A DNA stretch of 64,000 bases from Gammaproteobacteria bacterium (GTDB lineage: Bacteria; Pseudomonadota; Gammaproteobacteria; Steroidobacterales; Steroidobacteraceae). The notes beneath the pieces are model-generated. The model searched no databases and had not been told where the DNA came from. It was given only the letters and a program-made list of their open reading frames with translations. The DNA lies in the NCBI GenBank assembly GCA_028870355.1, contig JAGWPU010000075.1, forward strand, positions 2,350 through 66,349, read 5' to 3'. The position numbers and the translations under genes were made by a program. Below, piece by piece: positions 8,411 to 18,962 of the stretch (position 1 is the stretch's first letter; each line of letters opens with the position of its first letter).

Positions 8411-10459
8411 ATGATGTCAGCCGCCGCCGAACCCGCCCTGTCGCCCCCGGAGGAACCGCGGGTCGAGCGTGAAGTGCGGCGCATCCGCGACCTCACCCGG
8501 GGTGGCGAGCACGCGCGAGCGCTGCGGGCTGCCGAAGCCCTCGCGGCGACGGTTCCCGAGAATCGCGACGTGCTGTATGCACTCGCATTCAGCCAGCGGC
8601 ACCTGCAGGACACCGCCGCCGCGCTCGCGACGCTCGAGCGGCTCGAACGCGTGCATCCGCACTTCAGTCGCCTGCACGAAGAACGCGGACTGTGCTACGT
8701 GGCGCTGCGGGATGCGCCGCGCGCGATCGCCTCTTTGCTGCAGGCGGTCAACCTGAACCCAGCGCTCCCCAACAGCTGGGCGATGCTCGAGAAGCTCTGG
8801 CGGATCGGCGGCGATCGCGCGAGCGCCGACACGGCGGCGGAACACGTCGCCACCCTGGGTCGCCTCGCGCCGGAGGTGGTGCGCGCGACCTCGCTGTTCG
8901 CCGATCGAGACCTCGGTCCGGCGGAAGCCCTGGTGCGCGCGCGCCTGCGACACCAGGGTGACGACGTCGAGGCGATGCGCCTGCTCGCGCGGATCGGCAT
9001 CGCGCGTCATGTCCTCGACGACGCCGAACTGTTGCTCGAGGCCGTGCTCGACCTCGCGCCCACGTATCGTGCGGCCCGCCACGATCATGCGTTCGTGCTG
9101 GTCGAGCGCCACAAGTACCGCGAGGCACGCGCGCAACTCGAGCGCCTGCTGGCGGAGGACCCACGGCATCGCGGCTACCGCGCGCTGTTCGCGGCCACCT
9201 GCGTCGGGCTCGGCGAGCAGGCTCGCGCGATCGACCTGTACCGCGAACTGCTCGGGGAGACGCCCCAATCGGCCGACCTGCTGCTCTCGCTCGCCCATGT
9301 GCTGAAGACCGTCGGGGATCGCGACGCGGCGGTCGCGGCCTACCGCGCCGCCGCGGCGGCGCGCCCGGAATTTGGCGACGCCTACTGGAGCCTTGCGAAT
9401 CTCAAGACGTATCGATTCGAGGAGGGCGAGGTCGTGCGCATGCGCACGCTCGAGGCCCGGGTCGACCTCGGCGCCGACGATCGGATCCATCTGTGTTTCG
9501 CGCTCGGCAAAGCGCTCGAGGATCGTGCGAACCATGCCGACTCCTGGCGCTACTACGAGCGCGGCAACGCGCTGAAGCGCGCCACGAGCGGATACCGCCC
9601 CGAGGTGATCGAGAGCAATACCCGGGGCCAGATCGCGGTGTGTACGCGCGAATTCTTCACGGCCCGCGCCGGATGGGGTGCGGGCGACCGCTCGCCGATC
9701 TTCATCGTCGGTCTGCCGCGGTCCGGTTCGACCTTGATCGAGCAGATCCTCGCATCGCATTCCGCGGTCGAGGGGACCGAGGAGCTCGCCGACGTCCACC
9801 GGATCGTGCTCGAACTGCAGGGCCGGGAGCCGAACCCCGACGACCCGCGCTACCCCCGCGTGCTCTCCACGATGACCGCGGCCGAGTTCCGCCGACTCGG
9901 CGAGCGCTACCTGACCGACACCCTACCGTACCGTACCGGCCGGCCGCACTTCATCGACAAGATGCCGAACAACTTCCGTCACATCGGCCTGATCCACCTC
10001 ATGCTGCCGAACGCGAAGGTCATCGATGCGCGGCGCGAGCCGATGGCCTGTTGCTTCGGCAATCTCAAGCAGTTGTTCGCGAACGGGCAGGAATTCAGCT
10101 ATTCGATCGACGACATCGCGCGCTACTATCGCACCTACCTGGAACTGATGCGCCACTGGGACGCGGTGCTGCCGGGCAAGGTCCTGCGCGTACTGCACGA
10201 AGAGGTGGTCGAGGATCTCGAGGGCAGTGCGCGGCGCATCCTCGATTTCTGCGAATTGCCGTTCGAGACGGCGTGCCTCGAGTTCTACCGGAGCGGACGC
10301 AGCGTACGGACGCCGAGTGCCGAGCAGGTTCGAAGGCCGATCTACCGCGATGGCTTGAATCAATGGAAGCACTACGAACCGTGGCTCGACGCCCTGCGCG
10401 ATGCGCTCGGAGACGCGCTGACCCGGTATCGCGAACCCGTCGCCGGACATCCCCTGTGA
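8411..10459 (+). CDS. TPR-repeat protein with C-terminal PAPS-type sulfotransferase domain (pair 1)
   Basis: ORF 8399..10459. GGAG lies 4 nt before ATG 8411. The N-terminal ~400 aa are TPR-like helical repeats. The C-terminal domain has GLPRSGSTL (5'-PSB loop), IDKMPNNF, IDARREPMACCF (3'-PB-like RRxP) and VRTPSAEQVRRPIY. No signal peptide. Confidence 0.85.
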   Translation: MMSAAAEPALSPPEEPRVEREVRRIRDLTRGGEHARALRAAEALAATVPENRDVLYALAFSQRHLQDTAAALATLERLERVHPHFSRLHEERGLCYVALRDAPRAIASLLQAVNLNPALPNSWAMLEKLWRIGGDRASADTAAEHVATLGRLAPEVVRATSLFADRDLGPAEALVRARLRHQGDDVEAMRLLARIGIARHVLDDAELLLEAVLDLAPTYRAARHDHAFVLVERHKYREARAQLERLLAEDPRHRGYRALFAATCVGLGEQARAIDLYRELLGETPQSADLLLSLAHVLKTVGDRDAAVAAYRAAAAARPEFGDAYWSLANLKTYRFEEGEVVRMRTLEARVDLGADDRIHLCFALGKALEDRANHADSWRYYERGNALKRATSGYRPEVIESNTRGQIAVCTREFFTARAGWGAGDRSPIFIVGLPRSGSTLIEQILASHSAVEGTEELADVHRIVLELQGREPNPDDPRYPRVLSTMTAAEFRRLGERYLTDTLPYRTGRPHFIDKMPNNFRHIGLIHLMLPNAKVIDARREPMACCFGNLKQLFANGQEFSYSIDDIARYYRTYLELMRHWDAVLPGKVLRVLHEEVVEDLEGSARRILDFCELPFETACLEFYRSGRSVRTPSAEQVRRPIYRDGLNQWKHYEPWLDALRDALGDALTRYREPVAGHPL

Positions 10460-10479
10460 TCGATGAGGAACCCGTATCC

Positions 10480-11283
10480 GTGAATCTCGCACACCATTTC
10501 GACCTCGTGATCTTCGATTGGGCCGGAACGACCGTGGATTTCGGCTGCCGCGCACCGGTCGACGCGCTGCTGGAGGCGTTCCGGCAGCACGGCGTCGCCC
10601 TGACCGAACCCCAGGTCCGCCGCGACATGGGCAAGGCGAAGGCCGACCACGTGCGCGCGCTGCTCGGGGAGCCCGAAGTCGCCGCCGCGTGGACCGCGGC
10701 GAACGGCGCGCCGGCGAGCGCCGCCGACTGCGATGCCCTGGTACGCGAACTCGGCCCACTGATGCGCGAGCGCGCGGGTCGAACGGCGACGCTGATCGAC
10801 GGCATGGTGGAGACGGCCGCGGCGCTGCGCGCGGCGGGGCTGCGGATCGCCTCGTCGACCGGCTACACGCGCGAGATGATGGCGCCGGTGCTCGAACGCG
10901 CCGCGGCGCAAGGGTACGCTCCCGAGCACCTGGTGTGTTCCGGAGAGACGCCGCAGGGACGGCCGAGCCCGCTGATGATCTACAAGGCCTGCGCCGAACT
11001 CGGCGTCTGGCCGCTGAGTCGCGTCGTCAAGGTCGACGATTCCGAGGCGGGCGTCGCCGAAGGCGATGCCGCCGGCTGCCTGAGCGTCGGTGTCGCGGCA
11101 TCCGGGAACGGGGTCGGTCTCGCGGCGCCGGTCCTCGAGGGATTGCCGGCCGTCGAACGACGCGCCCGGATCGACGCGGCGGCCCGCGCGCTCTATGCGG
11201 CCGGTGCCGACATCGTGATCGACACGGTCGCCGACCTGGTGCCGGCGATCGAACGGCATCTTCGCATCGGCCGAGGTCGCTGA
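10480..11283 (+). CDS. phnX: Phosphonoacetaldehyde hydrolase (phosphonatase)
   Basis: 267 aa from GTG 10480, with GAGGA 10 nt upstream. An alternative GTG at 10456 overlaps the sulfotransferase stop as GTGA. HAD motif I is [14 protein letters not shown], followed by SSTGYTR and [12 protein letters not shown]. The overall layout matches PhnX as I recall it. Confidence 0.85.
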   Translation: MNLAHHFDLVIFDWAGTTVDFGCRAPVDALLEAFRQHGVALTEPQVRRDMGKAKADHVRALLGEPEVAAAWTAANGAPASAADCDALVRELGPLMRERAGRTATLIDGMVETAAALRAAGLRIASSTGYTREMMAPVLERAAAQGYAPEHLVCSGETPQGRPSPLMIYKACAELGVWPLSRVVKVDDSEAGVAEGDAAGCLSVGVAASGNGVGLAAPVLEGLPAVERRARIDAAARALYAAGADIVIDTVADLVPAIERHLRIGRGR

Positions 11284-11285
11284 GC

Positions 11286-12395
11286 ATGTCCGACGCCGTG
11301 CTGCTGACGCCGGGTCCGCTGACGACCGAGGCCGAAGTGAAGGCCGCGATGCAGGTCGACTGGGGCTCCTGGGACGGCGCGTTCAACGACCTGACCGCGT
11401 CCGTCTGCCGGGACCTCGTCGCGATCGTCGGTGCCGAGCGCGATCACGACTGCGTGCCGCTGCAAGGCAGCGGCACCTTCGCGGTCGAGGCGGCACTCGG
11501 AACACTGGTGCCGAGGAGTGGCAAGGTCCTGGTGCCCGACAACGGCGCGTACTGCCAGCGGATCGCGCGCATCCTCGGCTGCCTCGGCCGCGAAGCGCGG
11601 GTGATGCCGTTTGCCGAGGACGCCGCGGTGGACCCCGACCGGATCGACGCCGCGCTCTCGACCGATCCCGCGATCACCCACGTCGCGCTCGTGCACTGCG
11701 AGACCAGCACCGGCATCCTGAATCCGCTCGAGGCCATCGGCGCCGTGGTCGCCGCCCATGGGCGTCGGTTGATCGTCGATGCGATGAGTTCCTTCGGCGC
11801 ACTGCCGATCGACGCCCGCACGCTCGCGTTCGACGCATTGATTGCCGCATCCGGAAAATGTCTCGAGGGCGTTCCGGGGATGGGCTTCGTGATCGCACGT
11901 CGCGACGTGCTCGATGGCAGCACGGGCCAGGCGCATTCGCTCGCACTCGACCTCGCCGATCAGTGGCAGTACCTGCGCAGGACCGGACAGTGGCGGTTCA
12001 CGCCGCCGACACACGTCGTCGCCGCGCTGCGGGTCGCGATCGATCGCTACCGTACGCAGGGTGGGCAGGCGGCGAGGCTCGCCCGCTACGCCGGGAACTG
12101 CGCGGCCCTGCTCGACGGCATGCGCGCACTCGGCTTTGCGCCGTTCCTGCCGCGGCATCTGCAGGCGCCGATCATCGTCACGTTCCATTCGCCGCCGGAT
12201 CCGGCCTACGACTTCGGACAATTCTATCGGCGCGTGCGCGAACGGGGATTCGTCCTGTACCCGGGGAAGCTGACCCGGGTCGAAACCTTCCGGGTCGGCT
12301 GCATCGGCGCAATCGATGCGGCGACGCTGCGCCGCGCGGTGGAGGCCATCGGCGCGACGGTTCGCGAGATGGGCATCCGACGAATCGCGCCATGA
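11286..12395 (+). CDS. phnW: 2-aminoethylphosphonate--pyruvate transaminase
   Basis: 369 aa. N-terminus [14 protein letters not shown] and PLP-lysine region [15 protein letters not shown] are typical of class V aminotransferases of the PhnW type. It starts 2 nt after the phnX stop. Confidence 0.9.
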   Translation: MSDAVLLTPGPLTTEAEVKAAMQVDWGSWDGAFNDLTASVCRDLVAIVGAERDHDCVPLQGSGTFAVEAALGTLVPRSGKVLVPDNGAYCQRIARILGCLGREARVMPFAEDAAVDPDRIDAALSTDPAITHVALVHCETSTGILNPLEAIGAVVAAHGRRLIVDAMSSFGALPIDARTLAFDALIAASGKCLEGVPGMGFVIARRDVLDGSTGQAHSLALDLADQWQYLRRTGQWRFTPPTHVVAALRVAIDRYRTQGGQAARLARYAGNCAALLDGMRALGFAPFLPRHLQAPIIVTFHSPPDPAYDFGQFYRRVRERGFVLYPGKLTRVETFRVGCIGAIDAATLRRAVEAIGATVREMGIRRIAP

Positions 12396-13432
12396 CGGCC
12401 GCGCGGACGATCCGGGCGAGACTCGTGATCGCGCTGCTGCTCTGCGGCCTCGCGGCCGCAGCCGGCAGTCGGGCCGCGGTCGTCACGGTCTACAGTGCCG
12501 ATGGGCTGCGCGACGGCCGGCCGAACTGGTTCGGCACGATGTTCGCGGCATTCGAGCGGCGCACCGGGATCACGGTGCAGTACGTCGAGGCGGGCTCCGG
12601 CGTGATCGTGAACCGCATGCTCGCCGAGCGCGCGGCGCCACAGGCCGACGTGCTGGTCACGATCCCACCGTTCATGCAGGTCGCGGCCGACGCTGGCGCC
12701 CTGCGGCCGCTGATCCTGGCGCCGGCGGACAGTGCCGCGCTCGGCGCTCCCCACGCGCCGGCGCTCTGGTATCCGCTCGCGGACGACTACTCGGCGTGGA
12801 TCTACGACGCAGCGGCGCTACCCGCGCCACCGGCGAGCTTGGCGGCGCTGCTCGCACCGACGTTCCGCAATCGACTTCAATACTCGACGCCTGGACAGGC
12901 CGGCGACGGCACGGCGGTGTTGCTGCAGGCGTTCGAGGCCTTCGGCAGCCAGCGCGCGGGCCTCGCTTACCTGAGACGCTTGCAGGCGAACAACCTCGGG
13001 CCCTCCGCCTCGACCGGCCGCCTCGCTGCGCTCGTCGACAAGGGCGAGATCTGGGTCGCCAATGGCGACGTGCAGATGAGCTACTCCCAGCAGCGTGAAT
13101 ACCCGAACCTGAGGCTGTTCTTTCCCGCGGGCCCGGACGGTCGTCGGCTCGCCGTGCGGCTGCCGTACCAGATCGCGCTCGTCCGCGGCGCGCCGCACGA
13201 ACACGCTGCGCTGCAATTGATCGCGTTCTTGCTGAGCCGGCCGGCGCAGGCGCGGCTCTACGACCTTGCGCGTGCGTTCCCGGCGCGCCACGATGTCCCG
13301 CCGACCACGCCGGCCGCGCACGCGCTCGAGCACGTGATCGACGGCGTCCGAATCTGGCAGCCCGACTGGACCCGTGTCGCGAAACGGCTCGGACACGACG
13401 TCGCGCTCTGGCGCCAAGCGACCGAACGGTGA
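12392..13432 (+). CDS. phnS: 2-aminoethylphosphonate ABC transporter substrate-binding protein
   Basis: 346 aa with a signal peptide. [42 protein letters not shown] and [16 protein letters not shown] closely resemble Salmonella PhnS as recalled. ATGA overlap with phnW. Confidence 0.85.
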   Translation: MTAARTIRARLVIALLLCGLAAAAGSRAAVVTVYSADGLRDGRPNWFGTMFAAFERRTGITVQYVEAGSGVIVNRMLAERAAPQADVLVTIPPFMQVAADAGALRPLILAPADSAALGAPHAPALWYPLADDYSAWIYDAAALPAPPASLAALLAPTFRNRLQYSTPGQAGDGTAVLLQAFEAFGSQRAGLAYLRRLQANNLGPSASTGRLAALVDKGEIWVANGDVQMSYSQQREYPNLRLFFPAGPDGRRLAVRLPYQIALVRGAPHEHAALQLIAFLLSRPAQARLYDLARAFPARHDVPPTTPAAHALEHVIDGVRIWQPDWTRVAKRLGHDVALWRQATER

Positions 13433-13436
13433 ACGG

Positions 13437-14570
13437 ATGACTCCGGGACCCCGCCAGCCGTCCGGCCGCGATCGCGTCCCGCCGCAGATCGGCGTGCACG
13501 CGCTCAGCGTCCGATACGGCGACCACCTCGCTCTCGATCGGGTCGACCTCTCCGTCACCGCCGGCGAGGTCGTGGTGCTCCTCGGAGCATCCGGATCCGG
13601 GAAGACGACCTTGCTGCGCGCGATCGCGGGGTTCACCGTACCGACCGTCGGCCGGATCCATCTCGGCTCGACCGACGTGACCGCCGCGCCACCGCACGCC
13701 CGCGGACTCGGTCTGGTCGTGCAGAACTACGCGCTGTTTCCGCACCTTCGCGTCGCCGACAACGTGGCCTTCGGGCTGCACGCCCGCAAGCGTCCGCGCG
13801 CACAGATCGAGCGCACCGTCGCGCGCTTCCTCGAGATGACGGGCATGGCCGCGCACGCGCAGCGCTATCCGCACGAGCTGTCCGGCGGACAGCAACAACG
13901 GGTTGCGATCGCCCGCGCGCTCGCGATCGAGCCGCCGGCCCTGCTGCTCGACGAACCGCTGTCGGCGCTCGACCCGCCGCTGCGCGCCGGCATGCTCGAA
14001 GAGTTGCAGCGACTGCACTCGCAACTGCCGCAAACGGCGATCGTGTACGTGACCCACGATCAAACCGAAGCGATCTCGATCGGCCATCGAATCGTCTTGC
14101 TGAACGGAGGCCGGATCGTCGCCGACGGAACCCCGCGCAATCTGCACGATACGCCGCCGAACCGGTACACGGCCGAGTTCTTCGGACAGGCGAATCTGCT
14201 GCCCGCACGCATCGTCGATCGATCGCTGGAGGCCGACACCGACCCGGTCCGAATCGCCGTGCGGATCGCGGATCGGACGATCTGGGCGCGCCGCAGCGCC
14301 GACGCGCCGGCAAGCGGCGCCGCCTTGCTGTGCTTGCGACCACACGATCTGCAGCTCGAGGTCCCGGTCGAGGGGACGCCCGACGGCAATCATCTGGACG
14401 GCATCGTACGCTCCGCGCAATGGCTCGGCGCATCGCAGCGCGTGGTCGTCGAGGCGGGATCGTCGACGATCCGGGTCGATCGCCCGGCGAGCGAACCCTT
14501 GCCCGCGCCCGGCACACGGGTGAGGGTGAGCTTCCCTGCCGAGCGCGCGGTCGTTCTCGCGGACCGCTGA
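13437..14570 (+). CDS. phnT: 2-aminoethylphosphonate ABC transporter ATP-binding protein
   Basis: Starts at Met22 of ORF 13374..14570. Walker A GASGSGKTT, signature LSGGQQQR, Walker B LLLDEP. The C-terminal regulatory (TOBE-like) domain is present. Confidence 0.85.
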   Translation: MTPGPRQPSGRDRVPPQIGVHALSVRYGDHLALDRVDLSVTAGEVVVLLGASGSGKTTLLRAIAGFTVPTVGRIHLGSTDVTAAPPHARGLGLVVQNYALFPHLRVADNVAFGLHARKRPRAQIERTVARFLEMTGMAAHAQRYPHELSGGQQQRVAIARALAIEPPALLLDEPLSALDPPLRAGMLEELQRLHSQLPQTAIVYVTHDQTEAISIGHRIVLLNGGRIVADGTPRNLHDTPPNRYTAEFFGQANLLPARIVDRSLEADTDPVRIAVRIADRTIWARRSADAPASGAALLCLRPHDLQLEVPVEGTPDGNHLDGIVRSAQWLGASQRVVVEAGSSTIRVDRPASEPLPAPGTRVRVSFPAERAVVLADR

Positions 14571-15409
14571 TGGAGCTCGCTCGCAGGCCCTGGCGGCCGC
14601 TGGTGGTCTCGGTGCCGTTCGTGGTGCTCGGGATCATTTTTCTCTATCCGTTCGCATTGCTGACCGTCGAGGCATTCGCCAGGCCCGATGGCGGCTACGG
14701 GCTCGGCACCTTCGCTGCGATCCTCGCCGGTCACGCCTTTCACGGCGCCTTGTTCGCGACGCTTCGGATCGCGTTGACGGCGACGGCGGCATGCCTCGGC
14801 CTCGGATCGGCGCTCGCCTTGCTGATCCGGTTCGCCGCATTCCCCGGTGCACGTGCGCTCGGGCGTCTGGTCGACGTCTATCTCGCGTTTCCGTCCTTTC
14901 TGGTCGCGCTCTCGCTGACGTTCCTCTATGGCAATTCGGGCGTCGTCCACACGCTGTGGACGTCTGCGCTCGGCGGATCGGCCGCGGCCGCATCGCGCAG
15001 CTTCCTGTACGGCTTCTGGGGCGTGGTGCTCGCGGAGGTCACCTATTACACGCCATTCGTGATGCGACCGGTGCTCGCGGCCCTCGATGTGATCGACCGC
15101 TCGCAGCTCGAGGTCGCGAGCAGCCTCGGCGAGCGTCCCTGGGGCGTGCTGCGCCGGGTCGTGATCCCGGAACTCGTGCCTGCGCTCATCGCCGGCGGGA
15201 GCTTGTGCCTGCTGCTCACGATGAACGAATTCGGGATCATCCTGGTGATGGGCGTGAAGGACGTGATCACGCTGCCGATGATGATCTACGGCAAGGCGAT
15301 CGACGAGTTCGATTATCCGGCCGCGAGCGCCGTCGCGATCTGCAACGTCGCGCTGTCGCTCGGTCTGTACTTCACCTACCGCCAGGCGCTCGAGCGCGTT
15401 CCGCGATGA
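14570..15409 (+). CDS. phnU: 2-aminoethylphosphonate ABC transporter permease
   Basis: Starts at Met81 of ORF 14330..15409 (MELARRPWRPL). Polytopic, with the EAA-type loop SSLGERPWGVLRRVVIPEL. Its start overlaps the phnT stop (TGATG). Confidence 0.8.
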   Translation: MELARRPWRPLVVSVPFVVLGIIFLYPFALLTVEAFARPDGGYGLGTFAAILAGHAFHGALFATLRIALTATAACLGLGSALALLIRFAAFPGARALGRLVDVYLAFPSFLVALSLTFLYGNSGVVHTLWTSALGGSAAAASRSFLYGFWGVVLAEVTYYTPFVMRPVLAALDVIDRSQLEVASSLGERPWGVLRRVVIPELVPALIAGGSLCLLLTMNEFGIILVMGVKDVITLPMMIYGKAIDEFDYPAASAVAICNVALSLGLYFTYRQALERVPR

Positions 15410-16233
15410 GTGAACTGATCCACTCGCGACCGGCGCGGCGACTCCTCGCGGGGATCGGCCTGATCGTGACCGCGATCGTGTTCGGCCTGCCGCTGATGAC
15501 GTTGCTCCTCGCGAGCATCGCGGGGGAATGGACTCGGGCGCTGCCCACGACCCTGACCGTCGCACACCTGCGCGCCGCGCTCGGCGGCACGCCGCGCGCG
15601 GCGCTGTGGCACAGCCTCGCGACGGGGATCGGCGCGACGATCGGCGCGCTCGTGCTCGGGGTCTGGGGAGCCCTCGTGTCGCGTCGCGCGCCGGCACCGG
15701 TCCGTCGCGGGATCGACGCGCTGTTTCTGATGCCGGTCGCGATCCCGTCGGTCTCGATCGGCCTCGCGTTGCTCGTCGCGTTCAGCCGTCCGCCATTGCT
15801 GTTGAACGGGACGGTCGCGCTCGTCGGGATCACTCACGTCGTACTGGTCACCGCCTATGCGTATGCCAGCGCGCAAGCGGGCATCGCCCGGCTACCCGCG
15901 GCCGTCGAGGACATGGCCGGCAGCCTCGGCGCCACGCCCTCGCGGGTGCTCGTGCGCGTGACCCTGCCGCTGTTGCTGCCGCAGTTGCGCGCCGCGGCCG
16001 CGCTGGGCTTCGCGCTGTCGATGGGCGAACTCGGTGCGACGATCATGGTCTATCCGCCCGGCTGGGCCACCGCACCGGTCGAGATCTTCTCGCTGACCGA
16101 CCGGGGCGCACTGTTCACGGGTGCCGCGGTGAGCGTCTGGCTGCTCGCCGGTACGTTCGGCGCCCTGTGGCTGTTCGATCGACGCCGATCGAGCCGCCGC
16201 GCTGGGTCCGCGCGCGACTTCTCGGGGACTTGA
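15406..16233 (+). CDS. phnV: 2-aminoethylphosphonate ABC transporter permease
   Basis: 275 aa from MSELIHSRPA in ORF 14791..16233. EAA-type loop AGSLGATPSRVLVRVTLPLL. ATGA overlap with phnU. Confidence 0.8.
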   Translation: MSELIHSRPARRLLAGIGLIVTAIVFGLPLMTLLLASIAGEWTRALPTTLTVAHLRAALGGTPRAALWHSLATGIGATIGALVLGVWGALVSRRAPAPVRRGIDALFLMPVAIPSVSIGLALLVAFSRPPLLLNGTVALVGITHVVLVTAYAYASAQAGIARLPAAVEDMAGSLGATPSRVLVRVTLPLLLPQLRAAAALGFALSMGELGATIMVYPPGWATAPVEIFSLTDRGALFTGAAVSVWLLAGTFGALWLFDRRRSSRRAGSARDFSGT

Positions 16234-16245
16234 CGGGTCGCTCGC

Positions 16246-17198
<953 letters not shown>

Positions 17199-17202
<4 letters not shown>

Positions 17203-17474
17203 CGGCGCAGGTACTGGTGCACGATCTCGATCAGGTCCTCGGCCGCCTCGGCCCGACCCGCGCCGCGACTCTCGTCGGCCATATGCTCGCGGATGTGATC
17301 CTCGATCACCTCGGCGATGAAGCCGTCGAGCGCGCCGCGGCACGCGGTCGCCTGCTGCAGCACGTTCGCGCACTCCTCGTCCGCTTCGACCGCACGCTGG
17401 ATTCCCTCGAGCTGGCCGCGCAAACGCTTCAGCCGGTTGAGCAACTTGGTCTTTTCGCTCGCCACGTGCCCCAT
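17199..17474 (-). CDS. CsoR/RcnR/FrmR-family (DUF156) metal-sensing repressor with RcnR-type H-C-H-H fingerprint
   Basis: 91 aa from MGHVASEKTKLLNRLKRLRGQLEGIQRAV. The fingerprint residues are His3, Cys35, His60 and His64, which is the Ni/Co-sensor RcnR/DmeR pattern. Confidence 0.85.
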
Positions 17475-17489
17475 CGCGTACCGCCTTGT

Positions 17490-17511
17490 ATACCCTACCA
17501 CCCTAGGGTAT
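17490..17511. promoter_or_regulatory. Candidate RcnR/CsoR-type operator ATACCCTA-CCACCC-TAGGGTAT
   Basis: Perfect 8-bp inverted repeat flanking a C-rich hexamer. It lies 16 nt from the repressor ATG and 42 nt from the porin ATG. It fills the 17-nt spacers of candidate promoters on both strands: plus strand TTGTAT 17486-91 / TATGTT 17509-14, and minus strand GTAACA 17516-11 / TATACA 17493-88. Confidence 0.6.
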
Positions 17512-17552
17512 GTTACCGCGCTTTGTCGCACGGCGATACTCCGGAGACCGAG

Positions 17553-18947
17553 ATGACGCGCATCGCGACACCGCCAGGCGGCCGCGCGGACCGCGCTGCA
17601 CGGAGGGCGGCCCTGACCTTGGGCCTGCTCCTTCCGGTCGCGCTCGCCGCGGCGGATCCCGCCGCTCCCTCCGGTCCGAGCGGCATGCCGCCGCCGGCGT
17701 CCGGCGAGGCCGCACCCGGCTTCGCGCTGCACGGCCAATCGACGTTCGTCGAGCAGGCGACCGACTCGTTCCGGGCGCCCTACGCCGGACCCAACAGCCT
17801 GTCGCCGCACATCGGCCGCGAGACGTTCGACGCCTCGCTGTTCGCGGGATGGCGTCCGTGGCACGGCGCGGAACTGTGGGTCGAACCCGAGATCGACCAG
17901 GGATTCGGGCTCGACGGCACCGTCGGTGCCGCGGGCTTCCCGAGCGGCGAAGCGTACAAGGTCGGCCAGCGCCACCCCTACCTACGATGGCAGCGGGCGT
18001 TCTTCCGCGACACGATCGCGCTCGGTGGCCCGGCGTTCGACGTGCGCGCGGACGCAACCCAGCTACCGGAGCGCACGACCGCGAACCGCCTGGTCTTCAC
18101 GGTCGGCAAGTTCTCGGTCACCGACCTCTTCGACGACAACGCGTACGCGCACGACCCGCGCATGGACTTCCTGAACTGGTCGCTGATCGATGCGAGCACC
18201 TTCGATTACGCGGCGGACGCCTGGGGGTATACGGTCGGTGCGGCGGTCGAGTGGTACCAGGGCTCGTGGACGCTGCGGGGCGGCGTGTTCGACCTGTCGA
18301 CCGTTCCGAACAGCGCCCACCTGGACCCCGGGATGCACGAGTTCCAGATGATCGGCGAGATCGATCGGCGCGAGCACTGGTTCGGACGCACGGGCCGGGT
18401 GTCGCTGACGGCGTTCCAGAGCCGTGCGCGGATGGGCTTGCTCGACGCGGCGGTCCAGCTCGCCCAATCGACCGGCGCGCCGGTCGACATCGCGGCGGTT
18501 CGACACTATCGTGGCCGGTTCGGCGCCAGCCTCGCGATCGAGCAATCGGTCGCGAACGGCGTCGGTGTGTTCGCGCGCATCGGCAAGGCCGCGGGCAACG
18601 TCGAGACCTACGAGTTCACCGATGCGGATCGCACCGTCTCCGCGGGCGTGTCGATCGACGGGACGCACTGGCACCGCGGCGGCGACACGATCGGCGCGGG
18701 GTTCGCGGTCAACGGGATTTCCGCCGCGCGCGAGCGGTTCCTCGCCGCGGGAGGCCTCGGCCTGCTCGTCGGCGACGGGCGCCTGCCGCATCCGGCCACG
18801 GAGCGGATCGTGGAGACCTATTACTCGGCGGCGCTCGGAAGCCACACCCACGCCGCAATCGACTATCAGCGCATCGTGAATCCGGGTTACAACCGCGACC
18901 GGGGACCGGTCTCGGTGTTCGCGCTACGCCTGCACGTCGCGTTCTGA
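17553..18947 (+). CDS. Carbohydrate-selective porin, OprB family
   Basis: Starts at Met153 of ORF 17097..18947. GGAG lies 6 nt upstream. It has a signal peptide. The FDDNAYAHDPRMDFLNWSLIDASTFDYAADAWGYTVGAAVEWYQGSWTLRGGVF block is typical of OprB-family porins. It ends LRLHVAF-stop. Confidence 0.8.
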   Translation: MTRIATPPGGRADRAARRAALTLGLLLPVALAAADPAAPSGPSGMPPPASGEAAPGFALHGQSTFVEQATDSFRAPYAGPNSLSPHIGRETFDASLFAGWRPWHGAELWVEPEIDQGFGLDGTVGAAGFPSGEAYKVGQRHPYLRWQRAFFRDTIALGGPAFDVRADATQLPERTTANRLVFTVGKFSVTDLFDDNAYAHDPRMDFLNWSLIDASTFDYAADAWGYTVGAAVEWYQGSWTLRGGVFDLSTVPNSAHLDPGMHEFQMIGEIDRREHWFGRTGRVSLTAFQSRARMGLLDAAVQLAQSTGAPVDIAAVRHYRGRFGASLAIEQSVANGVGVFARIGKAAGNVETYEFTDADRTVSAGVSIDGTHWHRGGDTIGAGFAVNGISAARERFLAAGGLGLLVGDGRLPHPATERIVETYYSAALGSHTHAAIDYQRIVNPGYNRDRGPVSVFALRLHVAF

Positions 18948-18962
18948 ACGCTCATCGCGGGG

